A DNA stretch of 64,000 bases from NCBI GenBank assembly GCA_002387735.1, contig DGKJ01000053.1, positions 4,129-68,128 of the forward strand, in the 5' to 3' direction. Both the position numbers and the translations under genes were made by a program. Within the stretch, counting starts at the first letter, position 1. Every line of letters starts with the position of its first letter. The DNA is from Bacteriovoracaceae bacterium UBA4573. Lineage in GTDB: Bacteria; Bdellovibrionota; UBA1018; UBA923. Positions 1 through 9,609 of the stretch are shown here, in pieces. Below the pieces are notes generated by a model. It worked only from the letters and a program-made list of their open reading frames with translations. It was not told the origin of the DNA and ran no database searches.

Positions 1-972
1 AACTGGTGGATCAGTCGTAATAGATTTTAATCGGTAATTAAATTTTAAAGCTAACTTAGGTACATTGATGAATTGAGACGGTGCAAAGATGTGGGAAAAG
101 TTTGTGCGATGCACTGCCGAAAATAGTAAAATCCCAATTAGCCAACTCACTAAAACGATTAGCAGACCATAGGCGGAAAACTTCGCGCTTCCTAAGTACC
201 AAAAAAGAAAAACAGTGGAAGTCAGCAAAAAAAATAAGGTCATACGGTGAGTGTTGCCAATAAAAATTAGGTGCATACCAGCAAACAACAAAATTGGTAC
301 TGTTCGCCTATTTTCGGGAAGCCTCGAAGCTAAAAGTACTAAGAAAAAATAAGGCCAAACTAATACTCGAATCAAGTCGAGCGGGTGATAGTAGAAGCCC
401 GTCAAACGCCACACTTTTTTTAATGGCTCTTCAGCGAAAGCATGACCGAAATAAGAGGGTGGTATTAAATCATACGATCGCCAAGGAACCAGTCCCGCCG
501 CTTGTAACAGTACGCCGAGAATGACAGCAGTGATTGAAAGAAGTGTAAGCCACTTAAATAATTCAAAGTTACTACGCTCTGGGCGACTGACTTTTGTTAA
601 CTGCTCAAACGCCCAGGGAATAAAAATTAAACCTGAGAAGCTTGATAGGTACTTAAACGCAAACTCAAGAGAAGTAGTGCTACGGTAACAAGCCATCCCA
701 ACCAAAAACAAAATCAAAAGAAACAAAAAGTGAGCCACTGGCAAATGGCTAGTTTTTTTTTGGTATTTTAAAGTTTCCCTGACTTGCGAGAGCGAAACAC
801 AAGTCGCCACTATGATGGCGAGAATTGCAATTAACCCCTGGGCACTTAAATTCACGACAGGAATTTTAAAAGACCAAAAAAAATCAATAACTGGCTTAAG
901 GCAAACAAGAATGATTATCGCGGTAGCAATTTTTCGCTGCCACAGTTTTGGCAAAATTAAACTCCAAAACAT
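1..972 (-). CDS. Partial CDS (3' end beyond window start): polytopic membrane protein, possibly O-antigen ligase/polymerase-like. My own translation runs without a stop from ATG at 970-972 down to nt 1: MFWSLILPKLWQRKIATAIIILVCLKPV...GHAFAEEPLKKVWRLTGFYYHPLDL.... It is not in the supplied ORF track because it has no in-window stop.
   Basis: Open minus-strand frame of 324 codons with multiple predicted TM helices and a His-containing loop. Its ATG overlaps the end of the upstream GT-C gene by ~16 nt, suggesting operon coupling. Region is low-GC (~35-40%). Confidence 0.4.
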   Translation of the reverse strand, partial: MFWSLILPKLWQRKIATAIIILVCLKPVIDFFWSFKIPVVNLSAQGLIAILAIIVATCVSLSQVRETLKYQKKTSHLPVAHFLFLLILFLVGMACYRSTTSLEFAFKYLSSFSGLIFIPWAFEQLTKVSRPERSNFELFKWLTLLSITAVILGVLLQAAGLVPWRSYDLIPPSYFGHAFAEEPLKKVWRLTGFYYHPLDLIRVLVWPYFFLVLLASRLPENRRTVPILLFAGMHLIFIGNTHRMTLFFLLTSTVFLFWYLGSAKFSAYGLLIVLVSWLIGILLFSAVHRTNFSHIFAPSQFINVPKLALKFNYRLKSITTDPPV

Positions 973-2567
973 ATCCAAAAGTTCTCAATGGTTTCGGACG
1001 AGATTCTGCATGTAGGGAATTTTTGGGAAACGTTCAAAATGCACTGTTGTTGGTCGGCAAGATCACTGAGCTTTGGAGGACCGCAAAGCGCTAACCAAGC
1101 CGGCGGCTGATTTTCATCAGTAACGGAGTGGAGGCTCAGTGGTTTTAGAAACCGGCCAAGTTCGTAACTCAATGTAGGGTTGGCAGCTTCAATGTTTGTA
1201 AATAACAAGAGCTCCGGCCTGTCGTATCCCGCAGGAATTCTGATTTTTAATTCCTTTATCACGGCCGGCCAAGACCTAACCTGTTTCGCTAACTGTGTTT
1301 GTGCGACAATTACGTTCAACCCAATTCCCAGTACCAATAATGGTTTAATAGGTGCTTTAATTTTGCGACCCGCAAGCGGAGCGAAAATCAAGATTAGCGT
1401 CAGGGGAATAATTGCGCTTTGATAGTAGTTGTGCGCGGAGCTTACAGAAACAAAAAAAAGAAAAAATGAACCAATTCCAATAATGGCCGAAACGACTAGG
1501 TAATAGTTGGTCCTCGTTTTGGGTGGTGTCTCCGAAAACAAGAGACAAATTCCCAGAACCGCTAGAGTTCCTGGTCCGACCGTGTAGAGAAACAGTCGTC
1601 CGGTAATTTTAAGAGTGTTTTCAATCGAGGTGTATTCAAGTAGCGAACGGTACCAAGTAAAATGAGCCGTGTAGGAGACACTATTACCCCAAGAATGGTT
1701 CACTTGATTGCTATGTCGAATCCAAAGGAGAGCAATAGTCGTCGCAAAAATTGCCCCCATGATAACGAGTATTTTTTTATTTAGTCGAACTTTATTGGAA
1801 AAAAAGAAAAAATATACAAAGAGACTGGCCAACGCAAACATCGTGGTTGGTTTAATAAGTAGCGAGAAAGTAGCTGCGACAACATAGGCGATAATCCAAG
1901 AAATCTGTTCCCTCTTGGTCTCAGTCCGAAAAAATTGAATCATAGAAAATAGGGAAAAAGTTCCACTCGCCAGATGTAGGTTTTCGATCGTGACCCACTG
2001 GCCCATTCCAAATAGAAGTGGTGTTGAAAGAATTAACGGAAAAACTTTTTCGAACGATAAAATGGTGTTGTTCGTGGTGGCGGCGTTCTTTTTTCCTAAA
2101 ACAGAGATTAAAAAACTAGTAGCGATCAAAGCAAAAGCGATTGCGAACAATCCGCTAATAAAGCGTCCGATGGATTCTGGCGATAACCCGGTTGCGCCTT
2201 TTAAAAAGTGAATTGCAGCTTGGTAAAAAGGGGCCTCCAGTGCCAGAATTCCGGGTTTTCCGCGATACCCCACTCGTGGGTTAAAAAAGTCGAAGCCCAA
2301 TTGTGAAAAAAATGAGGCAGTTTCAAGTGTTTGGGCTTGGCGAAAGTAATGGGCACTAAAGTAAGGCTCACCTATCGAGAATAGCAGTATGGCGCCAGCG
2401 ACCGCGATTGCTAGACCCCATTTTCTTAGAGAAAGACCGACGGTTGTCATTTTTTTATCGTTAGAATCACTTTCCTGGGATGGCAAGCGAGCAGTTGAAA
2501 TACCGTACTCGCACTTGAATTGCCAACCTGAGTTCGTTAGAAGGTTTTTATGCAAAAAAGCCTGCAA
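957..2567 (-). CDS. GT-C-type (ArnT/PMT-like) polytopic membrane glycosyltransferase, putative
   Basis: 536 aa with more than 10 hydrophobic segments along the protein, F/L/I-rich. The architecture resembles polyprenyl-phosphate-sugar-dependent GT-C enzymes. It is coupled to the downstream ligase-like ORF. Confidence 0.4.
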   Translation of the reverse strand: MQAFLHKNLLTNSGWQFKCEYGISTARLPSQESDSNDKKMTTVGLSLRKWGLAIAVAGAILLFSIGEPYFSAHYFRQAQTLETASFFSQLGFDFFNPRVGYRGKPGILALEAPFYQAAIHFLKGATGLSPESIGRFISGLFAIAFALIATSFLISVLGKKNAATTNNTILSFEKVFPLILSTPLLFGMGQWVTIENLHLASGTFSLFSMIQFFRTETKREQISWIIAYVVAATFSLLIKPTTMFALASLFVYFFFFSNKVRLNKKILVIMGAIFATTIALLWIRHSNQVNHSWGNSVSYTAHFTWYRSLLEYTSIENTLKITGRLFLYTVGPGTLAVLGICLLFSETPPKTRTNYYLVVSAIIGIGSFFLFFVSVSSAHNYYQSAIIPLTLILIFAPLAGRKIKAPIKPLLVLGIGLNVIVAQTQLAKQVRSWPAVIKELKIRIPAGYDRPELLLFTNIEAANPTLSYELGRFLKPLSLHSVTDENQPPAWLALCGPPKLSDLADQQQCILNVSQKFPTCRISSETIENFWICFGV

Positions 2568-3041
2568 GAGTCCTTTGCACCAACGAGCATTTGCTTTGGA
2601 TGCGGCCCCGCGAACCAGAAGGGGCTGCGCATCCGAACCTTGCCGGTTTCTGGGGTTGCGGATTCAACCAATGGGAAGAGTTACCTTACGGAAGCCGAGT
2701 GGGTACCCGAGAAACACCATGAAGCGTTTCCAGGCATGCTCAATGGTGGAATTATTGGCTCGTTGCTCGATTGCCACTCTAATTGGACTGCTGCTTGGGC
2801 GTTAATGCAAAAGCAAAGCTTAACTCAGCCGCCCTGCACCGTTACAGCAGATTACGCCATTGTGTTGAAGAGACCTACTCCGACCAGTGGTCCGGTACGG
2901 CTACGAGCTTGGGTCAAAACGCTCGGAGAAGACCGCGCTACGATCGAAGCTGAACTTGAGGCAGGTGGAAAAATTTGTGCGACGTGCACTGGCACGTTCG
3001 TGGCAGTGAAGCCGGGGCATCCGGCTTATCATCGGTGGTAA
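2550..3041 (+). CDS. PaaI/hotdog-fold acyl-CoA thioesterase
   Basis: 163 aa. The motif FGCGPANQKGLRI and the GGIIGSLLD segment are typical of PaaI-family thioesterases. Confidence 0.65.
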   Translation: MQKSLQESFAPTSICFGCGPANQKGLRIRTLPVSGVADSTNGKSYLTEAEWVPEKHHEAFPGMLNGGIIGSLLDCHSNWTAAWALMQKQSLTQPPCTVTADYAIVLKRPTPTSGPVRLRAWVKTLGEDRATIEAELEAGGKICATCTGTFVAVKPGHPAYHRW

Positions 3042-3077
3042 CAGGTTAAAGAAGAAAGAGTAGCGAAGAGAGGACTC

Positions 3078-3815
3078 ATGGGAGCACAGTGGAAACAGGC
3101 CGGCCGTGAACAGAACGCCAATAAAAAGGGCATTATCATTGGCAAGCTTGCTAAGGAAATTTCAGTAGCCGCCAAATTGGGTGATCCGAACCCGGAAAAC
3201 AACCCCAGGCTTCGAATGGCAGTCGAAGCGGCGCGCAAACATTCGGTTACGCGCGACACAATCGAACGGGCAATCAAAAAAGGGGCAGGGCTCTTAGACG
3301 AGCAAGTCAACTATGAGCTTGTGACCTACGAGGGGTTTTGTCCTCATCAAGTTCCAGTGATCGTCGAATGTTTAACCGAAAATCGAAACCGTACCGCCGC
3401 CGAAATTCGGGTATTATTTCGCAAAGGGCAACTGGGTAGTTCCGGTAGTGTGGCGTGGATGTTCGATCGCCTCGGTGTAATTGAAGCATCCACCGCGGAA
3501 GGTGGACTTGATATTGAGGGAGTAGCCATTGAAGCGGGGGCGCAGAATGTTGAGCCGATCGCTGGCGACGAGCTTAAACAAATGAATCCGGACCACAAAA
3601 CCGGTGCCCGGTTTATTTGTGAACCCCAAGATTTAGATTCTGTATCGAAAGCGGTAACAGCATTGGGCTGGAAAGTGGTTTCTGCGGAACTTAGTTATTT
3701 GGCAAAAAATAACGTTGAAATATCCGATGAGCAGAAAAAAGAAGTCACCGCATTTTTGAACGATATAGACGATTTCGATGACGTTCATCGTGTTTACGTT
3801 GGCCTAAAGTCTTAA
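3078..3815 (+). CDS. yebC: YebC/PmpR family DNA-binding transcriptional regulator
   Basis: 245 aa. The N-terminus MGAQWKQAGREQNANKKGIIIGKLAKEI..RLRMAVEAARKHSVTRDTIERAIKKG is the hallmark of YebC/PmpR. An RBS (AGAGG) precedes the ATG. Confidence 0.9.
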   Translation: MGAQWKQAGREQNANKKGIIIGKLAKEISVAAKLGDPNPENNPRLRMAVEAARKHSVTRDTIERAIKKGAGLLDEQVNYELVTYEGFCPHQVPVIVECLTENRNRTAAEIRVLFRKGQLGSSGSVAWMFDRLGVIEASTAEGGLDIEGVAIEAGAQNVEPIAGDELKQMNPDHKTGARFICEPQDLDSVSKAVTALGWKVVSAELSYLAKNNVEISDEQKKEVTAFLNDIDDFDDVHRVYVGLKS

Positions 3816-3827
3816 ATTCAGAGGTTT

Positions 3828-5504
3828 ATGGCGGAATCAAACGACTCCTCGAGTACTGCTGAAACACAAAAATCGTTCGGTGAACCCGGGCTTTCAACGG
3901 TGCTAGCGCGTGAAGTTGCGCGTCGACGTACTTTTGCGATCATTTCTCACCCCGATGCAGGTAAAACCACACTCACCGAAAAACTTTTGCTTTACGGCGG
4001 AGCCATTCACTTAGCAGGCGCTGTAAAATCGAAAACGAAAACAAAAGCCACGACTTCAGACTGGATGGAAATCGAAAAGCAGCGCGGTATATCGGTAACT
4101 TCAAGCGTGCTGCAATTTGAATACAAGGGCTACTGTATCAATTTGCTCGACACTCCGGGGCATAAAGACTTCTCCGAAGATACCTACCGTACCCTCACTG
4201 CTGCCGATGCCGCAGTGATGTTGATCGATGCTGCAAAAGGCGTTGAGGCTCAAACGCGAAAACTCTTCGAAGTATGCCGCATGCGTGGCATTCCTATTTT
4301 TACGTTCGTCAACAAGCTTGATCGTCCGGGACGAGACCCTATCGAACTGCTCGACGAGATCGAAAAAGTTTTAGGAATTCGTTCCTGTCCCATGACCTGG
4401 CCGATTGGAACCGGAGATCGATTTAAAGGCGTGTACGATCGCGAGAAAAAAGAGATCCTGTTTTTTCAAACCGAGGGGCAAGCGAACGTTAGCGGTCGCT
4501 TGAAGCCAAAGAAAGTGGGCCAACTTCAAGAGCTGGGGAGCGAGTTTGACGAAGAAACTCTTCAGAGCGTTGAATTAGTCGAATTGGCTGGGGATCCGTT
4601 CGATCATGAACGGGTATTGCGCGGCGAGTTAACTCCGGTGTTTTTTGGTAGTGCCATGAACAATTTTGGCGTGGAACATTTTCTAGAGCGTTTCATCGAG
4701 CTAGCGCCCCCTCCCGTCGGTCGAAAGACTTCTGATTCTCATTTGGCTGAGAAAAAACTCATAGAACCAACCTCGACCAAATTTTCGGCCTTCTTTTTTA
4801 AAATTCAGGCGAATATGGACCCTTCGCACCGCGATCGTGTCGCCTTTATGCGGGTTTGTTCCGGTAAGTTCACCCGAGGCATGACGGTAAAACACGTGCG
4901 GTTAGGCAAAGACGTCAAACTTGCGATGCCGGTGAATTTTTTTGGTCAGGAACGCACGGTAATTGAGGAAGCGTGGCCAGGCGATATCGTGGGTGTGTTG
5001 GACACCTCGGGCGATCTGCGTATTGGAGATACCCTAGCGCAGGGAGGGGGCTTTGAGTTCGAAGGTGTGCCGCAGTTTTCGCCAGAACATTTTGCATCCG
5101 TTACGATTCTTGATCCAATGAAACGCAAGCAACTTCAAAAGGGATTAGATCAGCTTTCAGAAGAAGGCGTGATCCAAGTTTACCGGCAGCGCGATCTTAG
5201 TGATAAAGACCCCGTCTTGGGCGCAGTGGGTGCGCTGCAGTTCGAAGTTCTCAAACATAGGTTACTGTCAGAATATTCGGTCAACGTGAATATTGAAAAA
5301 TTGTCCTACACCTGTGCGCGCTGGGTCGAGGGCGAAAACTTCGACGTCGACGGCTGCGAACGGCGAGAAGGTAACCGTTGTTTAGTGGACCGCGACGCTA
5401 ATCTAGTGGTTCTTTTTAAAAGCGATTGGGCGCTGCGTTGGGCGGAAGATAATCACAAAGGATTTCGCTTTCTAAAGACACCGCTTGCGAGACGGCGAAA
5501 CTGA
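3828..5504 (+). CDS. prfC: Peptide chain release factor 3 (GTPase)
   Basis: 558 aa. G1 motif AIISHPDAGKTTLTEKLL and DTPGHKDF are present, with RF3 length and C-terminal domains. Confidence 0.9.
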   Translation: MAESNDSSSTAETQKSFGEPGLSTVLAREVARRRTFAIISHPDAGKTTLTEKLLLYGGAIHLAGAVKSKTKTKATTSDWMEIEKQRGISVTSSVLQFEYKGYCINLLDTPGHKDFSEDTYRTLTAADAAVMLIDAAKGVEAQTRKLFEVCRMRGIPIFTFVNKLDRPGRDPIELLDEIEKVLGIRSCPMTWPIGTGDRFKGVYDREKKEILFFQTEGQANVSGRLKPKKVGQLQELGSEFDEETLQSVELVELAGDPFDHERVLRGELTPVFFGSAMNNFGVEHFLERFIELAPPPVGRKTSDSHLAEKKLIEPTSTKFSAFFFKIQANMDPSHRDRVAFMRVCSGKFTRGMTVKHVRLGKDVKLAMPVNFFGQERTVIEEAWPGDIVGVLDTSGDLRIGDTLAQGGGFEFEGVPQFSPEHFASVTILDPMKRKQLQKGLDQLSEEGVIQVYRQRDLSDKDPVLGAVGALQFEVLKHRLLSEYSVNVNIEKLSYTCARWVEGENFDVDGCERREGNRCLVDRDANLVVLFKSDWALRWAEDNHKGFRFLKTPLARRRN

Positions 5505-5554
5505 ATTTATCCTTATAGCTTCACTTTTATTCTTCGTACTGAAAGGAACATCCT

Positions 5555-6172
5555 ATGAAATTGGCTTCAGTTTTTTTAGCATTTCTGGCGCTCACCTCAC
5601 TTTCGGCCTCGGCCGCCGGTGAGCCGGTTAAAATGGAAATCAACACTTCGGAAAGTAAGGTTGAATGGTTTGCTAGCAAAGTTAAGGGTAAACACAACGG
5701 AACGATCGAAGTAGAGTCGGGTGAATTCGAACTTGATGGCAAGGGAATGATCAAGTCTGGAAAAATCGAAATCGATATGGATTCGATCAAAGTCTCCGAC
5801 ATCGAAGACGCGGAGGACAACGCGAAACTGGCAGGGCACTTAAAGTCCGACGATTTCTTTAACGCGGAAAAATGGCCAACGGCTACGTTCGTGATTAAAA
5901 CGGCGCTCCCACTGGGCAAGCGCAATAGCGATGGGTGGCAAAAATACACTCTCAAAGGTGACCTAACCATTCGCGACGTAACCAAACCGTTCACCGCCCA
6001 CGCCAACGTCAAAATCGCCGGTGAAGCGGCCGAAGCCACTGCGGAGTTAAACATCGACCGCACTCAGTGGAATGTAAAATATGGATCTGGTAAATTTTTT
6101 AAAGGTCTCGCCGATAGAATGATTCACGATGTGTTTAAACTAAAAATTGCATTGAAGGCTGAAAAAGACTAA
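5555..6172 (+). CDS. YceI-family periplasmic polyisoprenoid-binding protein
   Basis: 205 aa with a signal peptide. The SKVEWFASKVKGKHNGTIEVESGEFELDG pattern matches the YceI-like domain. The RBS is AAAGGAA. Confidence 0.8.
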   Translation: MKLASVFLAFLALTSLSASAAGEPVKMEINTSESKVEWFASKVKGKHNGTIEVESGEFELDGKGMIKSGKIEIDMDSIKVSDIEDAEDNAKLAGHLKSDDFFNAEKWPTATFVIKTALPLGKRNSDGWQKYTLKGDLTIRDVTKPFTAHANVKIAGEAAEATAELNIDRTQWNVKYGSGKFFKGLADRMIHDVFKLKIALKAEKD

Positions 6173-6200
6173 ATCGCGAATTTTAAAAACTAATGTAAGG

Positions 6201-6237
6201 AAGGGGTTCCTAATAATACTAAGGAGCCCCTTTTTTT
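6201..6237 (+). terminator. Rho-independent terminator after the yceI-like gene
   Basis: Hairpin AAGGGGTTCCT-(9 nt loop)-AAGGAGCCCCT followed by TTTTTTT immediately before the photolyase ATG. Confidence 0.5.
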
Positions 6238-7620
6238 ATGAAATCTATAGGTCTTCACTGGTTTCGTCGTGATCTTCGTTTTGATGGCAACCCCGCCTTG
6301 CTTCGTAATATCGAAGAAATGAGGGGCCGGGTATTGTGTGTTTTCTTTTTCGACGCCACATTTTTAAGCCGCCCAGATTTTTCGGTCGGGCGCTTTGCGT
6401 TTTTTATTAAATCTCTTCAATCGCTCAAGGACCAATTAAGAGAACGGGGGGGCGACCTTTTAGTTCTAGACGATGGACCCGATGCGGGGTTCGAGCGCAT
6501 TTTAAATTTGCTCGATAAACACCAATTAAAGCCCGCATTAGTGACTTGGAATCGCGATTACGAACCTTTTGCACGCCTTCGAGATGAGCGTATTGAGCGG
6601 TGGCTTCAAAAACGAGACATCAAAGTACTTACCGAGCGCGATCATTTAATTTGCGAACCACACGAAGTACTTAAAGACGACGGAACACCTTATCGCGTTT
6701 TTACTCCGTACTACCGCAAATGGAAGCAATTTCTCGCGACTTCTGGCGGGCGTGTTAGGTTGGCGGCTCCCACGGCCAAAGACAAAATTAATTTCGAACT
6801 TAGTTGGAAAAGAGTGGATGCGAAAATTCCGGCCCTGGATCGCTGCGATACCTTCGAAAAACAAAATCGCAGGCGATTAAAAATTAACGTTCCTGAAGCG
6901 GGTACGAGCGAGGCTTTTAGGGTTTGGAAAAATTTTGGGCATCGCCTCGATGCCTACAAAGATCTGCGCGATTTTCCGGCGCACGATGCTACTTCCGGTC
7001 TCTCAATTTTCTTCAAAAATGGTTCAATTACCACTGCCCAGGTTCTTTCCAGAACGAATAGACACAGTGCGAGTGCTGAAAAATTTATTTCCGAGGTCGC
7101 ATGGCGAGAATTCTATTACTCTATTCTGTTTAATTTTCCCTATGTTGAAACTGAGAGTTTCAACCCCAAGTATCGGAATATTAAATGGGAAAACGACGAA
7201 AAACTTTTTAAAAAGTGGAAAAGCGGCGAAACAGGGTTTCCGCTGGTGGATGCCGGCATGCGAGAACTCGTGCAAACAGGGCGAATGCACAATCGCGTGC
7301 GCATGGTGGTTGCGAGTTTTTTAGTCAAAGATCTTCATATTGACTGGCGGTGGGGCGAACGCTTTTTTATGGAGCATTTATTAGACGGTGACCTTGCCGC
7401 CAACAACGGAGGCTGGCAGTGGGCGGCGTCGACAGGATGTGATCCTCAGCCCTATTTTCGGATATTTAATCCCCAATCCCAGGCCAAAAAATTTGATCCT
7501 GAAAATTCGTATATCCAAAAGTGGGTGCCGGAGTTCGGCACCAAAAATGAGTTGCGGCCAATTGTGAATCACGCTGAACGGGCGCGGCGTGCGGTTACCT
7601 TGTATCGCAAACTCGGCTAA
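6238..7620 (+). CDS. phr: Deoxyribodipyrimidine photolyase / cryptochrome family
   Basis: 460 aa. The C-terminal FAD-binding signature FFMEHLLDGDLAANNGGWQWAASTGCDPQPYFRIFNPQSQAKKFDP is diagnostic. Confidence 0.85.
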   Translation: MKSIGLHWFRRDLRFDGNPALLRNIEEMRGRVLCVFFFDATFLSRPDFSVGRFAFFIKSLQSLKDQLRERGGDLLVLDDGPDAGFERILNLLDKHQLKPALVTWNRDYEPFARLRDERIERWLQKRDIKVLTERDHLICEPHEVLKDDGTPYRVFTPYYRKWKQFLATSGGRVRLAAPTAKDKINFELSWKRVDAKIPALDRCDTFEKQNRRRLKINVPEAGTSEAFRVWKNFGHRLDAYKDLRDFPAHDATSGLSIFFKNGSITTAQVLSRTNRHSASAEKFISEVAWREFYYSILFNFPYVETESFNPKYRNIKWENDEKLFKKWKSGETGFPLVDAGMRELVQTGRMHNRVRMVVASFLVKDLHIDWRWGERFFMEHLLDGDLAANNGGWQWAASTGCDPQPYFRIFNPQSQAKKFDPENSYIQKWVPEFGTKNELRPIVNHAERARRAVTLYRKLG

Positions 7621-7664
7621 AAATGCCGATTTTGAAATCGTGAGTTGTTTCGTGCGAAAATAAC

Positions 7665-8756
7665 GTGATGGGTCTGCGATCAAAAATTTGTATCCTTGGC
7701 TTGCTCGTAGTTTTCTCGAGTGCTGCGGCGTATGCCGACGAAAAGAGATCGAATTTTTCGAAAATCGATAAAAATTCTACGTTGGGGTGGCTGAAGTACC
7801 CGACCGAACCCTCGCCCGAACGCCGAGGGGAAAAAAAGAATGAAGTGATTCGAAAATACCAACTGCCGCCCAAAACGAAAAACAATGTCTACAAGGCAAT
7901 GCTACCAGCCTTCTATCAAGACCTTGATTTTGACGCTTACTACCGATTTACTTTTGAGGACCTTGTTTGGGCGACTTTGGCGATTGAAGGTGAGACCGAT
8001 TGCGATGGGCGAGAACATTCAGCCGCGGTGTTGTGGACCATCGCGCAGCGAGGCGGAATTAATCCAAAACGCCGATTGAGTAACGATAAAAGTTACGCGG
8101 ACGCCTTGATAGAGTACTGTCAGCCAATTAAGCCGAAATGGGCCAATCCCAAAAAAGTCTGTGCCGGTAAAAATAAGGATGAAGTCGTGTGTGATCCAAA
8201 AGTTATTGCACGGCGAAAAAAGGGAATAAAGTTGGGCAAGGCTATTTTAAAGGCAGGCTCCTTTGACCTCGAAGCTAAAGAGCTGCAAACACAACTGCGC
8301 CGCCACGGATTGACGAAAGCGGATTTTAAATCGTTTATAAGACCGCAATGTCTTCAGATCGCTTACGATTTCGTAACCGGAAATCTTCCGAATCCGGTTC
8401 CGGGCGCTACCGAATTCGCGCAGCACTGCAAGCAGGGTAAACAACACGATTTTTTAGTTAAATTTCAACGTAAAGACAAAGTGATTCATTCAAAAAGTAG
8501 GCGCAGGTGTCCGTCGAAGAAGTCGAAGAAAAAAGGGGGAAATCTCTTTTTTACCGACGAAGTATTGTTGGGGAAAACTCGCTATTCGACAAAAAACTGG
8601 GACGGTTCTGAAATAAAAATTATTAGCCCGTCGGGGAGTGAATCGCGGGTCGCCTCGAGAATTCAAGAGACCGACGAACCCAAACGAGTCGCCGAAGTCA
8701 TACCAGTCTCAAACGAAAATAGAAAAGACCGGGACGCCAGCATGGGAGTGAATTGA
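7665..8756 (+). CDS. Hypothetical exported protein with a basic C-terminal tail
   Basis: 363 aa with an N-terminal signal peptide (LGLLVVFSSAAAYA). The C-terminus is Lys/Arg-rich. No confident family assignment. GTG at 7665 or ATG at 7668 could be the start. Confidence 0.4.
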   Translation: MMGLRSKICILGLLVVFSSAAAYADEKRSNFSKIDKNSTLGWLKYPTEPSPERRGEKKNEVIRKYQLPPKTKNNVYKAMLPAFYQDLDFDAYYRFTFEDLVWATLAIEGETDCDGREHSAAVLWTIAQRGGINPKRRLSNDKSYADALIEYCQPIKPKWANPKKVCAGKNKDEVVCDPKVIARRKKGIKLGKAILKAGSFDLEAKELQTQLRRHGLTKADFKSFIRPQCLQIAYDFVTGNLPNPVPGATEFAQHCKQGKQHDFLVKFQRKDKVIHSKSRRRCPSKKSKKKGGNLFFTDEVLLGKTRYSTKNWDGSEIKIISPSGSESRVASRIQETDEPKRVAEVIPVSNENRKDRDASMGVN

Positions 8757-8759
8757 TCC

Positions 8760-8918
8760 ATGGGCGAGCGCAATTTACGACACGACCTGGGCAGCGTGAT
8801 TTCTACTTTAAAAGTAGCTGAGGCGGCCATTCGCGAAAAAGATGAAGAGATTGCTGAGTTAGTAGCCGCTGCTCTTGAACGATTGCTCGAGATTTCGGAT
8901 TCACTCGATAAAAAATGA
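8760..8918 (+). CDS. Small ORF (52 aa), helical acidic peptide MGERNLRHDLGSVISTLKVAEAAIREKDEEIAELVAAALERLLEISDSLDKK
   Basis: Below the track's 60-aa cutoff. The ATG lies 4 nt after the stop of the upstream gene. It could be a genuine small protein or chance. Confidence 0.2.
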   Translation: MGERNLRHDLGSVISTLKVAEAAIREKDEEIAELVAAALERLLEISDSLDKK

Positions 8919-8939
8919 AATCAGACATAGAATGAAGTC

Positions 8940-9479
8940 ATGGTCAGGTGCGTTTGTCGATTCACTTTAATCGGTGTTTTATTGCTCGCAAGCGCCTGCC
9001 GCGTCTATGACACGCCAAAAGCGACCGATGGCGCTAGCTCCAATATCGACGCGGTGATTTCGTGTACGCGGGACGCCGAAGTACGCCAAACTAATCCGAG
9101 ATTTCACAATGTAGATCGCTGCGAAGGGTCGTACACCATTCAGGGAATTAGTTATCGTTGTGGGCGAGTAGGAGACGTTGCTACTAAAACCTATGAATTT
9201 CTAAATACCTTGAACCAGCGAGCCAGGACTCGTTGTGAACAACTGTGCCGCGAACGAGGAAGAGGTTGTGAGGGGTCCTATCGCGATGCCAGCAAATGCG
9301 GATTTTCGGTTCCCACAAGTCGCGCCACGATGGTGGGTACCAAAATAGTTGGATGTCATCCAAACTGCGAGGGCACAGCGTTCATTTACTGTTCCCTTTA
9401 CCACGGCAGTTATTTTCGCATTGAAGACCACCTGTTCGAAGACATGGAACCGAATTGTTACTGCAGAAGAGCTCGTTGA
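8940..9479 (+). CDS. Cysteine-rich exported protein / putative lipoprotein
   Basis: 179 aa with a signal peptide and lipobox-like LLASAC. It contains ~16 Cys, including CEQLCRERGRGCEGSYRDASKCGF. No family recognised. Confidence 0.4.
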   Translation: MVRCVCRFTLIGVLLLASACRVYDTPKATDGASSNIDAVISCTRDAEVRQTNPRFHNVDRCEGSYTIQGISYRCGRVGDVATKTYEFLNTLNQRARTRCEQLCRERGRGCEGSYRDASKCGFSVPTSRATMVGTKIVGCHPNCEGTAFIYCSLYHGSYFRIEDHLFEDMEPNCYCRRAR

Positions 9480-9542
9480 TTCCTACAAACAGTAGTAATA
9501 TCAGTTATTTAAATACTTTATTAAAATAATCAGATATTTAAT

Positions 9543-9571
9543 TTGCCGCATCGCATCTACTGAGTTAGAAT
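9543..9571 (+). promoter_or_regulatory. Sigma70-like promoter candidate for the 9610 lipoprotein gene
   Basis: TTGCCG (9543-9548), 17-nt spacer, TAGAAT (9566-9571), in a 120-nt AT-rich intergenic region. Confidence 0.3.
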
Positions 9572-9609
9572 GCGCCACCAATATTAGTTTTACTTGAAAG
9601 GTGTGCGGC

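Noticed and set aside
2389-2805. 138-aa + strand ORF spanning the GT-C start and the thioesterase gene
   Set aside because: It is out of frame with the well-supported PaaI thioesterase (2550-3041) and overlaps the minus-strand GT-C N-terminus. It is Arg-rich and shadow-like.
3029-3629. Several 60-93-aa minus-strand ORFs inside yebC
   Set aside because: They are antisense to a highly conserved YebC CDS and therefore spurious.
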